Source of the DNA: the human T2T-CHM13v2.0 reference genome, Homo sapiens
Direction: 5' to 3' (one strand)
Assembly (NCBI RefSeq): GCF_009914755.1
Contig: NC_060927.1
DNA: 64,000 nt
Positions 34,137 to 51,090 of this stretch are shown here, piece after piece (the stretch's first letter is position 1; each line of letters opens with the position of its first letter). The notes under the pieces were generated by a model that was given only the letters and a program-made list of their open reading frames with translations, did not search any database and was not told where the DNA came from. Position numbers and translations under genes: made by a program.

Positions 34137-34951
34137 TGAGTTACAGTTGACAAAATCCTTTCCTTGCATGAGAATTTGACTTTTGTTTAACTTTCTAGCT
34201 CTGTTTCCCTGGGAGCTAGATAAGGCAGAACATAACATTTGTTTCTGGGCATGGTCCTTGTGGTAAAATGTCCCCTGGTTGGTAAATTACATTTGGATGG
34301 GAAAGAGCCATGGATAAGTGATGGGCCACCCAGGCTTTTGTTTCATGGAACACAGTGACTCTGCTGGGCATGTCCTTATGGGGAGCCTAAGGAGCTGTCA
34401 AAAGAGATACTTGCACCCCCAGGATTGAGCATTCTGAGTCAAGGTATTGAGTCGGCACAGTCTCCCTGTGCCTGAGCCATCTTCTGTATGGACTCTTGCA
34501 AGAACTGCTGCTGCTGATGACCTGCCACTGCCCTGCCTGCCAGCTTTGTCTGTCCCAGTCTTTCTCAGTGGGCTTGTGCCACATGTGGCCTGTGATAATC
34601 TTACGAGTCAGAATCTAGAAAGATCTACCCACCCATCAACCCTCACACAGGTGTTGCTGTATCTCAAGGAAGTAATCCCATAGATGACAGCATTTTTTCC
34701 AAATTTTTGTTATATTAAATAAAGAGCGGGAATGGCTATTTAAATGCTTAATTCACTCAGAGGAATATTAGACATTAAGACGTAAGGTGGTCTCACGGTC
34801 ACTGCTTTGTGACACGTGTGGGTAGAGACTCAAAGGGAAGGAAACAAACATGAATTCTATCATGTAGGAGTCTGGAGGTTGAAGTGTATTTCCTGTTTTT
34901 TTTCTTTTTAATATTATTAAACAGCATTGGTACACCAGTGAAACCTATTAA

Positions 34952-36190
<1,239 letters not shown>

Positions 36191-37862
36191 TTCTTTCTAT
36201 TTGAAACTTGCCCCCATTATCATCATCTGATCTCTATCTTGAAATATGATACCAGACCTTAGAGTGTGACATTTAAACTTTGACCAGTCAAAGCGGTCCC
36301 TGGGGAGAAAGGTAGGGGAATAGTGGGGCTCCACATATAATGGATAGTTTGGGGTATACCTCTCAGTGCTGATTATGATGGAAGACAGAACTCCAAGTCA
36401 TCTTATACTGCCCCTAACTAGCACTAGTAAGAACTTTCTAGATGAATGCTGGTGGGCTGAGATACCGTGTCTTCACAGTCCAGCCATGGGCATGAGGCTT
36501 TTGGCAGAGAAACAGCTTGACCCTCTGCATAGGTCATGGGACCTGGGGTGTGTGCCTAGCAAACCATCCTCTAGTCTGGCTCCTATTCCCATACTGTTCT
36601 TGTAGCCAGAAACAGACTCTGAAGCCATCGAGGATGGTTACTTTCAAGAGCGTAGGCCTTCTTAGCAAATCCTGCCCTTTAGGACAGTAGTCAGGTCTGA
36701 TATTTCCTTTTAGTTAGTGGTCTTGGGTGTAATACCACCTCTTGAGAAAGAGAACAATTGACAGCCAAGCATCTGGAAAGAGAGGGATAGCTGGATTACC
36801 TTGCCTAGGAGCTGTAACCTGCTGCTTCTCTCACTGTCTTCTGGACTCTGTGTTCTGTTACTCATCTCTGTATTTGGCATACCTTAAGATGGTAGCGGCC
36901 AGTATTTACTAGTCATCTGCTGTATTCTAGTTACTGTCCTGAGCATTTTATTTATTCAGTCTTCACAGCATTCTTAGGACATAAGAGCTGTCATCTCTAT
37001 ATTCCCTATTCCAACAGAGAAATTAAATGACTGGCTCAAGGTCATATAGCTAAATTAATAAGCGGCAAAACCAGAATAGAAATCCCTGTGGCCTGGGTTC
37101 ATATCTGCTGCTTAAGTCACTCCCACTATAGGCACTGCTGTCAGCCTTGCCTTCAAAAGGTAGGTGGTTAAAGAGGAAACTAACAAGTAGTTCTTCTGAG
37201 TCCCATTCATTTTCTGGAAGTCACTGAGTCATACCCTGGCAAATGAGAGGCAATTACAGCAGGAGCCCTGTCTTGATGAGTAGATAGACCATGCTGTGGC
37301 AAGTCCTGGAAGACAGTTGAGCAGAGATCAGGCATTTTTCACATCTTCTGGTTATGAGTAGACAAGGCTGCCTGAAAGATTTTCTGGAAAAGAGTAGTCA
37401 CTAGAGCTGCAGAGTCAAGTATTCAGACGGTACCCAACATTTAATAAATTTCTACTTGGCATTGAGTATACAGTGGGGAGTAAAACTGTCTTCATGGAGA
37501 TTGTTAGAAAAGGGATAGACTAGATTAATATAGTACATAAAAATGTCAATTAGTGGTAAGTGCTCTGAAGGAAAAGCAAGCAGAGTAATGGGATAGAGAG
37601 CAAATGAGGGGTTATGCTGCTTTAAATAAAGCGGTCACTTCTTTGAGAAAGTGATACTGAAGCAGCGACCTGAATGAAGCAAGGACCAAGCTGTTGAGTA
37701 AGTTGGAGCATTAGTTCAAATTGCCAATCCATTCAATTGATCCACCACCCAAGTGAGAGAATACATTCTCTCCAACAGCTTGCAGGGGCAGGATGGCCCT
37801 GCTGTGCTGTTCTGCCTCGCTCTTGGGTCCAGAGTTTTGGTGAGTGATACTGTTTTTTATCA

Positions 37863-37876
37863 GTGCCCCCTGGTGG
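37863..37876 (-). promoter_or_regulatory. CTCF core motif CCACCAGGGGGCAC
   Basis: Plus strand gtgccccctggtgg is an essentially perfect match to the CTCF consensus. Binding is not demonstrated. Confidence 0.65.
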
Positions 37877-38013
37877 AAGGAAGATACCTAGCAGGAAGGT
37901 TCAGGGCCCTGCACTGTTGGGGCTGCTCAGACATTTGTGCAAGGGAGGTGTTTTGTTTTGGTGTTTCCATCACACTCACAGTGATTTCTCCTTTTCCCCC
38001 TTTAGTTTGAAGG

Positions 38014-38066
38014 ATGACCTCTAGGAAGAAAGTGTTGCTGAAGGTTATCATCCTGGGAGATTCTGG
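38014..38066 (+). CDS. RAB7A: RAB7A coding exon 1 (gene exon 2; the exon starts at 38006 with 8 nt of 5' UTR), MTSRKKVLLKVIILGDSG
   Basis: Polypyrimidine tract + AG at 38004-38005, ATG at 38014 with A at -3, donor GG|gtaagt at 38067. Translation matches the Rab7 N-terminus and start of the P-loop. Confidence 0.98.
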
Positions 38067-38388
38067 GTAAGTTACTCATGAATTTGAGCTAACAGATTGG
38101 CTTAGAGCTAAGCCTCTCTGCTGTGGAGCCCACACTGTCCGTGCTGCCACTTCTTGCTTTCATAGTGAGGCTTAGGGCCTTACATGTTTCCCTCCACGGC
38201 AGAAATTTAGATGATCCCTTGTTATATAACCTTTTGTTCTCTAGTTTTTAGCATGATTTTTTATGGGGAACGGATGGCTATTTGAACTCAACTAAGGATA
38301 GGCATTTTCATGGAATCCCTTTTCTCCAAGCTGGCCAGGCTGGGGAGTCTTCCTTACGTAGATGTATTGCCATTGGCATCTGGCGTAG

Positions 38389-39627
<1,239 letters not shown>

Positions 39628-40531
39628 TTGAAGAACCTTTTGTTCGCTAGCATTTGCCCAGCCCCAGACCAGTGGGCTAGGGCCTAGATTTGTGCTCTCT
39701 CTCCTACCCCGCAACTCCATCCCCGTCGGGATGGAAAGATAGTGCTTTTAGGCCTGCCTTCCCCAAACTTGTGCAAAAAGTCTCACCAAGCCCTTGTTCG
39801 ATTCCAGGTTTTGCCACCTCTCACCTTGTAGATTCTGGCTTAGATGGTCTGGGTTGGAAAACACTGCCTTCGGCTGTCTAGGTACCTCCAGGTTCTTTAA
39901 CACAAATATGAACATGTTCCTTTGTGGCCAAGAAAGGTGATATCACTGGCTATGGGGGGGAAGGTTTTTGTATTAGCTTTAGGTTACCTTAACCTTATCA
40001 CACAAAAATCACACATTGTCTCTTGCTGAGTTTTCTTACTAGAAAACATATTTGGAGGAGCATTCTTTGAGGTGGATTTGTTTTGGTGATATATTGGTGC
40101 TTTTTCTGCTTCAGATTTTAAACTTTAAAGCAGCAAATTGTCTGAGTGGTGTGTGTCTGCTGAAAGCCAAGGTCTTCCTCCTGGTGTTACTTCATCAAGC
40201 TAAATAGCAGCCACTAAATGGAGAAACATCTAAGATAGCAGGGATACTGTTGGAATAGCAGAACAGTCTTAATAGTGAAGCTTCTTTTAGAAAGCAGTAT
40301 ATTTGCTGGCATCCTTCTAGAATGGAAAAAATAATACTAGGCTCTACCATTTGACCTGGCTGTGCCAAAACATGTAAGCAGCTTTTCCACATCTGCCCCA
40401 CATCTGTACCCTATATTTTTACCCAGAGAGAAAACACAAAACTTCAAAAGTGTAATGCTCGGAAGGCTACTGGCATTGCCCTTTGCTGTGAGGGCAGTTT
40501 CTTGTCCTTCAGGTCAGGCAGATTCTTTTAA

Positions 40532-40801
<270 letters not shown>

Positions 40802-41314
40802 TAGACATTTTCCTTCCCTGTTCTTCAAATCTTATTATCTTATTTGTAGATAATTGGCTGATACTCAGTTAAATTTGAATTTCAGATCAATAGTGAATAC
40901 TTTTTTAGTATACTTCTAGTGTATCTCAGATACGACTTGCTAAGACACACTAAAAAATTCTTCTTAAAAAAAAACTCAGATTTATCCTTTCTTGTTTTTT
41001 GTTGTTTTTGGTTTTGTTGTTTGCTAAATTTGGCAACCTGCAGGTCTCTGTCTTGTGCCTCTCTTGACATCCTTGCCCAGTGCTTTAGGTAAACATCTTT
41101 GTCTCACCTCAGTAGTGAGACATAAACTTTATTTTTCTGACTTCCTATTTCATACGTAACTTCAAGAGTTGTGTGTCTATTGAGCCAATCTTTTTTTTAT
41201 GTATCAGCTTATTAATCTTTCAAGGGTTCCCTTTCAACAGTTAGGATAAGATACAGATTCTTTCATATGACTTGTTGAAAAGCCTTCACATTCTGGCTAT
41301 AAACTATTATTCCC

Positions 41315-41476
41315 TTTTTTTCCCCCATTGAGTCATTTTGTTTGTATACATGTATTAACATCCCTAGAAAAGAAACCCCTGAAGGATGGATACCTTGAGC
41401 CCAGGAGTTTGAGCCTGCAGTGAGCTGTGACTGCTCCATTATACTCCAGCCTGGGTGATGGAGTGAGACCCTGTCT

Positions 41477-41507
<31 letters not shown>

Positions 41508-41897
41508 GAATCCCAGGATTTTCCCTCCTGTATTTTCATCTCTTTCTTCATGGTCCATGATGCCAGCTGAGGTTGTCAGTACAACCTCACTTTGAAACCA
41601 AACTATTGGGATAGGAGTAGATTATCCTGTCATTTTTCTAGATCTTTGAGTTGCACATCACATCTGGGGCCAATCATTCCAGGGGCAGTTTTAACCTGCC
41701 TGTGAGGTTTACAGTAATTTTCCCAGCTCTGTGATGACCAGTGATTTCAAATTTTCAATGTGATCATGTTTCATCTTCACACTTAGAACCAGACCATGAC
41801 TTGGGAGCACAGCCTAATAAGAACCTGGTGTTTGCCCTTGAGAGCATCAGCCAAGACGTTCATGCATTACGGAGGCAAGAAAAGATGGTGGAAATAG
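41315..41897 (-). pseudogene. RPS15AP16: Decayed processed RPS15A pseudogene, interrupted near its stop codon by an Alu fragment
   Basis: Minus strand encodes MNVLADALK...GKITVNLTGRL...[13 protein letters not shown]...TGGKILGFF with stops, frameshifts and loss of about SINNAEKR. It has a TOP-like 5' end and a degenerate TSD (41302-41318 / 41896-41912). The pseudogene number is from memory. Confidence 0.9.
41381..41507 (+). mobile_element. 5'-truncated old Alu (J/FRAM-like right arm) inserted into the RPS15A pseudogene
   Basis: ttgagcccaggagtttgag...ctgtctct + poly(A). The target aaaagaa[a/t]ccc is duplicated on both sides. Confidence 0.85.
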
Positions 41898-43193
41898 CTG
41901 TTACTCACTTTTTTTTTTTTTGTCTCGTTCCAGTCATTCCGAATCATGTGCTGCTCTTACAGACTTGTGTTGGTGGATATGTCTCTGCTTCCAGCAGGGC
42001 CTGTATACCCACCTGAAGTCTCCAACTTTTAGCTCAGATCTTTGGAAACTTCTATCTCCATGGCAGTTGTTCTTTCCTATGTGCTTCTAGAGGCAAATAC
42101 AATTCTAATCCCATTATAGTCCTAGAAAGTACCTGGCAAATAGTGGGGGCTTGCTGAAATGTGTGAATGATGTAGGTTAAAGGTAGAAATTTGTGCACGT
42201 GTTGACCTCGAGCCATGGCATGCTCCTAGAGGATCAGGACTCTTAATTGACTCACACTTCTAGGACAGAGCTGGTATGAATCTCTCATCCTCACCTCACC
42301 TACACACATACACCTAGAGATCTTCAAAATGTAACTACAGTTTAAGCAAGTCAAGCTTGAGAGTAGAACTGGAAAACCTTGGCCCAAGAAATTGGCAAAG
42401 CTTGTGTCTGCAGTTGTTGGAGATTCTCAGTCCCACTCTCCACATGTACAGAAATCTTTGTCTCAAAGGATTTAACATAAATCCCTGTCATTCCTGGCAA
42501 AAACAAGGGTAAGACCACTCTGTAGGGACATTTAGTACCGCAGGAGAGAAGATGAGTTCATAACCACATGAGGAAATAATGTACCACAAGAGATGTTCAC
42601 AATGACTAGAGATGTTCTAAAAAGAAATAGAAACCATAATGGAAAGGGATACTATAAAAAAATGAGGATATGGAAAACTTAGAACTTCAAGAAGTGAAAA
42701 CATAGTATTGAAATAAGCTAAAGGAACAGTTAAACTGTAGATTAAATGGAGCTGAAAAAAGCAGTAAGCCGTAAGAGCTGAGCAAATTTTCTAAAAGAAG
42801 ACTTAAAATTGTAGAAGACCGAAAAGCAAAATCTTAAGAGCAACTATAGAAAAAAAAGACATGACTTATAAAGGAACAACAGACTGACAAATTCTCAACA
42901 GAAGGCAGAAGGGAGTAGAATTACTTCAGGGAGCTGGGGTAAAGGCCCATCTGAAGATTCTCCATGTGTCACAGCAAGACTCAGACTGCCTTTTGCTGAG
43001 GGAAAATAGAACTTCTCCAGCTGAGCTGTGGTTTTGGTAGCCATGTGGGCCAGCGAATTCAGAAATCAGAGTTCGGCCCCTGCTGGGTCGGGGGTTGTCA
43101 TAACAGTCCCGTCTGTACTACTAAGCTGGGACCTTGGGGCGCTGCACTCTTGAAGTAAACCCCATCAGGAGATCCACAGCGCACTGTGGGCTT

Positions 43194-43496
43194 CTCAAGA
43201 AGCCCAAATTCCAGGAAGGATAAATAAAAAGAATTCTGTGTAAGTCATAATGAAACTAAAAAAGAAAAAGGCTTAAAAATAGACTGAGGAAAACCTGACA
43301 AGCACAGCACTGAGGCTGTCAGGTGACTCTTGGCAGTAGCAGCAGAGCCCAGCAGGCAGTGGGGTATGTTGGGAAAGAGACGGGCAGCACAGTGTTCTGT
43401 CTCTGCTGAAATAACCCTCCTGAATGAAAGAGTACATCTTTAAGGGCTAGTGGCAGAAGTTCTAAAGGATAACTCCAGGCAGAAAGTGATTTCATG
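43194..43496 (+). repeat. Copy 1 of a ~300-bp local direct duplication
   Basis: Near-identical to 44511-44811. Confidence 0.95.
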
Positions 43497-44510
43497 TAGA
43501 TGAGGAAAGAGTGGAAAAAGATAACAAGTTCCCAAGAGATTGAAGCAAAAGGATGACCCTTGTGCTCTTGCAGCCAGCTTCAGATACTAGAAGTAAATGA
43601 AAATCATTGTCTCTGCACAAAGGCGTCATTATCCTGATCTTGAGGAATCCTCATGTGTTTTTCGAGGGCTTTTAGCAGCTTGCAGTAAAACATAATCAAA
43701 ATAAAACAAGGCACCACAAGAAAGAACCAGTGGAAACTTCCCTGGTAATTCCAGAGTGTTTTTTGTATTTAAAGAAATAAGGAGGATACAGAGTTTCAGT
43801 TATATGAGATGAATAAATCCTAGAGATGTGTACAGCATAGTGCCTGTAGTTAACAATACTGTATTGTACACTTAAAAATTTGCATGCTGGATGCGGTGGC
43901 TCATGCCTGTAATCCTAGTGCTTTGGGAGGCCAAGAGAGGAGTTTGAGACTAGCCTGGGCAAAATAGCACATTTCATCTCTACAAAAAAATTTTTTGAAA
44001 GAATTTACTAAGAGGATCTTATTTTAAGTGTTCTTATCACAAAAAGTAATAATAAGAGGATGGGGGGAACCTTTTGATGAGTAGGTTTGTGGCCTACATT
44101 GTAGTGATGGTTTTCTCTCCAAACTCATGAGTTGTATGCATCAGATCATTAGATGTGTGCAGCCTTTGTATGTCAGCCATACCTCACTAAAGGGGCTTTG
44201 GTTAAAGATAAGATAATCGTTTATCTGCAGGGAAGAAACGAAACAGTTAACATTGATAGGGGGAGAAAATGAAGCACAATCAATGAAATTTGGAAATTCA
44301 GAGAATGCTGCTAAATCATAGCAGATTGGCCACACCAGAAAAGGGCTGGAAGAATGAAAGAAAAATGGCAGGAAATACGAAAGAAATAAGTGAAAGTGAG
44401 AAGGTTGGACCTACTTTTAATCAGTCTCAGAAGGTGTAAAGAGAGAATAATAGATCAAAGATGATATTTGCTGAGAATTTTCGAGAATTGGTGTGGCACC
44501 AATCCACTGA

Positions 44511-44811
44511 CTCAAGAAGCCCAAATTCCAGGAAGGATAAATAAAAAGAATTCTGTGTAAGTCATAATGAAATTAAAAAAAAAAGACTTAAAAATAGACT
44601 GAGGAAAACCTGACAAGCACAGCACTGAGGCTGCCAGGTGACTCTTGGCAGTAGCAGCAGAGCCCAGCAGGCAGTGGGGTATGTTGAGAAAGAGATGGGC
44701 AGCACAGTGTTCTGTCTCTGCTGAAATAACCCTCCTGAATGAAAGAGTACATCTTTAAGGGCTAGTGGCAGAAGTTCTAAAGGATAACTCCAGGCAGAAA
44801 GTGATTTCATG
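44511..44811 (+). repeat. Copy 2 (probable donor) of the ~300-bp duplication
   Basis: Near-identical to 43194-43496 and contiguous with upstream L1-like sequence. Confidence 0.95.
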
Positions 44812-45096
44812 AAGATAGGTCTGAAGGAAGAACACTTCAATAGTATACTTGTATCTATTTTTGGAATCGTGAGTATGTAACTTCCAAAGTAATATGAGGA
44901 AACAAAGATCAGAACTGTGTAATCTAATGTGTAGGGAAAGATTAGTGACTGCTGTGTTTCTTGTTTTTTAAAGTTCTCTATACTGTTCAGAAAGAATCTG
45001 AAATTGATTAGTATCTTAGATGGAATCAAATAGGCATGACAAATTTCCAGGGAACAGTTTATTGTGAGTTTGTGGTAGTTTAAACAGTGATATTAG

Positions 45097-45415
<319 letters not shown>

Positions 45416-45493
45416 TAGCCAGGATGGTCTTGATCTCTTGACCTCATGATCTGGCCGCCTCAGCCTCCCACGGCGCTGGGATTACAGGCGTGA

Positions 45494-45819
<326 letters not shown>

Positions 45820-46699
45820 TAAATAAGTGGGACCAGGACAGGGCTTTACATTCTAGCTTGGGGGAACCAGAGGATTCAAGACCTGAAGGTGGAAAAAATA
45901 CAAAGTGAAAACTTAAAAAATGAAAATAGTGAATACTTTTCACCTTTGGCATTTGAAAATACAGAAAGTACAAATCATAAAATGTTGAAGATTGATTAAT
46001 AGATTACATTAAACATGTAAATAACAAGATTCCCAGACTAACAAGAACAAACCACACAAGCAGGTGACAAAGATGATAATGCCTAATAGTATCCAAGCAG
46101 TAGGTAACCTGGTGGATGCTAGAATATAGGGAGTGGAACAGCCTCTGGTTGATGGTAGGAGTGTAGTAATGAGTACAACCTTTTCAGTAGAAACTGCCAC
46201 TCTGCTCCCCAGTGTTGAACATAGACATATGCAGCAATCCAGAGTTCTGAGTCTGAGTGTATGGCCTAGAGAAACTTATCTCTGGACATTATGAGAGAGT
46301 TGTAATGAGAGTTATCATTGCAGCCTTGCATGGGGAGTGAAAAACTGCAAATAACTCAAATGATCTGGGGAACTAAGTGAGTCTATTAAAGCAGTGGAAT
46401 ATTATATAACTGTTAACTTTTGGGAATGAAAAAAGACAAGTTGCAAAAAGCTGTACAGGATGATAATGTTTATGTAAGGCATCTCTTCAGGAGCATTTAC
46501 TTGTGGTGAAGAAGGAAGAAAATGCAATGAGGGAAGGGTTAACTCTTGGAAAAAACGGATAAAAATAACAGTGTTAATTTTTGTCACATCAGAATATTGG
46601 GTAGACAGTTATAAGGGTATAATTTTAAATGGAGAAAACAAAACATTTTGAAACAAGCAGGCTGGCTGGTTTCCTGTTTTGATGTGGTCTAGAGAAAAA

Positions 46700-47203
46700 G
46701 AATAAAAGCCCCTTACTCAAGCTGTAGCTTACCTAACTTCCAAACAATCAGCAACAAAAAACCCCGAGAAACTGTTATCACAAGTTCCTGCTTCATGGGG
46801 CTAGGGACCTCCCTGGGCCCCCCCCCGCCCCCAGCATGTGCAGTTAGACTTCAACTTCAACTTATAGTTACCTTTTCCTCATTTTAATGCCAAAAGTCAC
46901 ACCCAGGATGGAGATTTAACCTGCTAGTGCTACACGCAATTTCTGAAGAAGCATGTTTAGCCACTGTGCATGCACTAGAAAAACCCCTCCTATATACATA
47001 TCCTGACATCACCCCTCCCCACAGGAAAGCCCTTTAAAGTTAACTCCCACACTGCTTTCAGAGAACAGCTGCCCCTTTCCTTTTGCAGTGCTAGCTCACT
47101 ATGCATAAGCTAATACACTTTCACTTTCTCTTTGCTATTGTGTCTGGTGATCTCTCTTGATTTCTATCATGGAAGATTCCAAGAACCCAGGTCGCTGTTA
47201 ACA
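46700..47203 (+). mobile_element. Probable ERV1-type LTR remnant
   Basis: LTR-like layout (TATA-like tttaaa, degenerate poly(A) signal, U5-like end ccaagaacccagg...ttaaca). No clear TSD. Confidence 0.45.
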
Positions 47204-48359
47204 ATTTCAATTAAAATATTAAAAAATTTAAAAATCACAGTCAGCCATAGGACTGTACTTGTTGATGTTTTGATAAATATGGCCTTTACTTTTGTAAATT
47301 CAAAGTTAAATTAATTTTGGTAACTTTCTAGGAACCCGTCAACTTGTTGACTTCTTTTTGATATATTACTTTGCCTTCTCTGTGTATCTGAGTTCCAGAT
47401 GATGAATTGGTTCCACCTAACAGTAACAGAGTTCTTATGTAATTTTGCTTGTAGGAGTCTATCTGAAAAAAGCCATTTGACATACAGAGAAAGCTCTCTA
47501 TGCTAATGTTCATTGCTGAGTTGTTTATAATGATAGGAAATTGTCAGCAATATTTTCTTAAAAATAGGAATCGATGGTTCACTAAATCTGTTGGGCAGCA
47601 GTAAAGTCCAGTGAACCTGCTCTCCCATGTCACCCCATCTGCTGTTGCCAGAGTGCCCTAGTGCGTGACGGGGTAGAGGGGAGGAACTTGGGAGAATGTG
47701 GAGAGTATCACATGTGCAGTCTAGGAGTGCAGTCTAGGATTTCAGCTACAGAAAACCTCCGCGCATATGACTAGAACAAGACATGAACTCCTTCCTGTGT
47801 GGGAGGATGCCAAGTGTTCTTTTGTTTGTTTGTTTGTTTGTTTGTTTGAGAATGGGGTCACTTCTCCACTGACAGAGATGCATACATATTCCATGTAGAA
47901 CATTGGAGAACCAGGAGAGCACAGGGATGAGTACCACCAGCAGTCCCGATCCTGTTTAGTCTACATGTGTGGACTTTGTTTATTGTATCTGGGCAAGGGA
48001 GCATTTAGTGCCCTAGCCTGCCGAGAGGCAGTGGAGTCATTAGAAATAAATTTGTCTTTTTTGCCCTTCATCCTTATATCTGAGTTGTTATCATGTTCGT
48101 CCGGCTCTGTTTGAGTGCCTGTTACGGATCTAGGGCAGTAAGTATACCCAGCCTTGCTCTTAAATCTAGCATGGCAGTGAATGAGGTGACCAGCTTAGAG
48201 CTGGGCGGTAGTACCTGGTTTAATCTTTACTCTGGTGTGTGTTCTCATTGTCTTTCTCTTGATCTCTTTTTGTCAAGAGTTTTTCATTTGTTTTGTTTTT
48301 TGAGGTATAATACAAATGAAATATAACATGCTAATCTTTTTTGTTGTTTAGGCAAACTT

Positions 48360-48610
<251 letters not shown>

Positions 48611-48641
48611 AGGCAAACTTTTCATACAGTAAAATGCATAG

Positions 48642-48721
48642 ATTGAACTATATCACTCGTGAGTCATCACCTCACTTCCCTATTGAACTGTATCATTCGT
48701 GAGTCATCACCTCACTTCCCT
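48642..48721 (+). repeat. 40-bp tandem duplication (2 copies, 2 mismatches)
   Basis: attgaact[a/g]tatca[c/t]tcgtgagtcatcacctcacttccct x2. Confidence 0.95.
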
Positions 48722-49056
48722 ATATTTCCATTGCTCTCAGAAAGTTCCCAGAGTACCTAAGTTTTATTTATAGTTCAAATTTTACACACTTACCTACATG
48801 TGACCACTACTTGGATCAAGATATAAGAAATTTCTAGCACCCTGGAGATTGGACTCAATGTCACTCGCTTATAGACAGACACATACTTAATCACAATATT
48901 TGTGAGGATTGTTTCAGATACTCTGGTGCTGAAATTTGCTTCCTGAAGTCTGGTGTCATTTGTCTTTGTGGGTGGCCCCACAATCTAGCCTATTTCTTCT
49001 GGCACCCCTTGCATACATGCTCCTGGTGCTCTGCCTAGCATTCTCCCAAGGAATGA

Positions 49057-49554
<498 letters not shown>

Positions 49555-50170
49555 TGAAGGAGGGAATTCGGTTTTGTCATTCTCAGTAGTGCCCTCCCAG
49601 TACCTCCAGGCCATGCCTGGATCTCCATGTGTGCAGAATATTGCTTTGGGCTTTGAGTAAAATTGCTGTACTGTAGTTTCAAATACCATTTCTGTTGGAA
49701 ACATAGACTCTTTGATTAATTACAACTAGGTTTATTTCTGACCACAGATCTTTTCTTAAGTGACTTAGTCCTTATCTCTTGGCTGAAAATGGGCTAGGGG
49801 TTGGGGAAGGAATGAGAATGTGTGAGTGGCATAGGTGACATCACACTAGCAGTAATGGTGAAGGGACTATAAACCTTAAGACCAAGCTGCTGGGCATTTC
49901 CTGTCCTGGGATCTCTGAGGTCCCAGTAAACACTCTTCATTTCTTCCCGGACTGGCTTCTTACTCCATTCACAAATGGCTTTTAAGTATAACTGAGGGTC
50001 AGAAGGTATGAGCTGTAGACCGAGACAGGCTTTGAGCTCTCTAGCTGAATCCTAGCTATCCTGAGCATAGCTAGCAGGACAAGTTTGGACGGGTCTGCAG
50101 GTCTCCTCCAACACCCTCTTTCCCCATGTCTGTGTCCTCACCTGTACTACCTGTAGACGAGGGGCCATGA

Positions 50171-50407
<237 letters not shown>

Positions 50408-50776
50408 TGATGCCTGACCACTGACCCAGTCCCTGCCTGGCCTCCTGCCCTTAATCTTCTTCCCTAACCCACTCTTTTCTGTATAGCCAGAATACCCTAT
50501 GTGTTCATCTGGGAAGGTTATGACATGTTCTGCTTAAGCTTCCAGAAATCCCACTTTGGGGGGAATAATATAAAAGATGCAGAGGCTGTGAAGTCTGAGG
50601 CTGCCCTTCTTTTACTAGGCTTGTTCTTATTTTCTTTGCTGTGATTAGGAGATCAGGTCACTGGGAGACCCCGAACAGATTGCTGCTTCTATTTAAGGAG
50701 GAAATAAACTTGAATATGAATCCCAGCTCTGCTGCGTACCAATCGTTATATCTAGTTTGGGCTTAAAAAAAAATTA

Positions 50777-51090
<314 letters not shown>

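Noticed and set aside
44562-45029. 155-aa hydrophobic minus-strand ORF
   Set aside because: Antisense reading of A-rich L1 debris. No recognisable domain.
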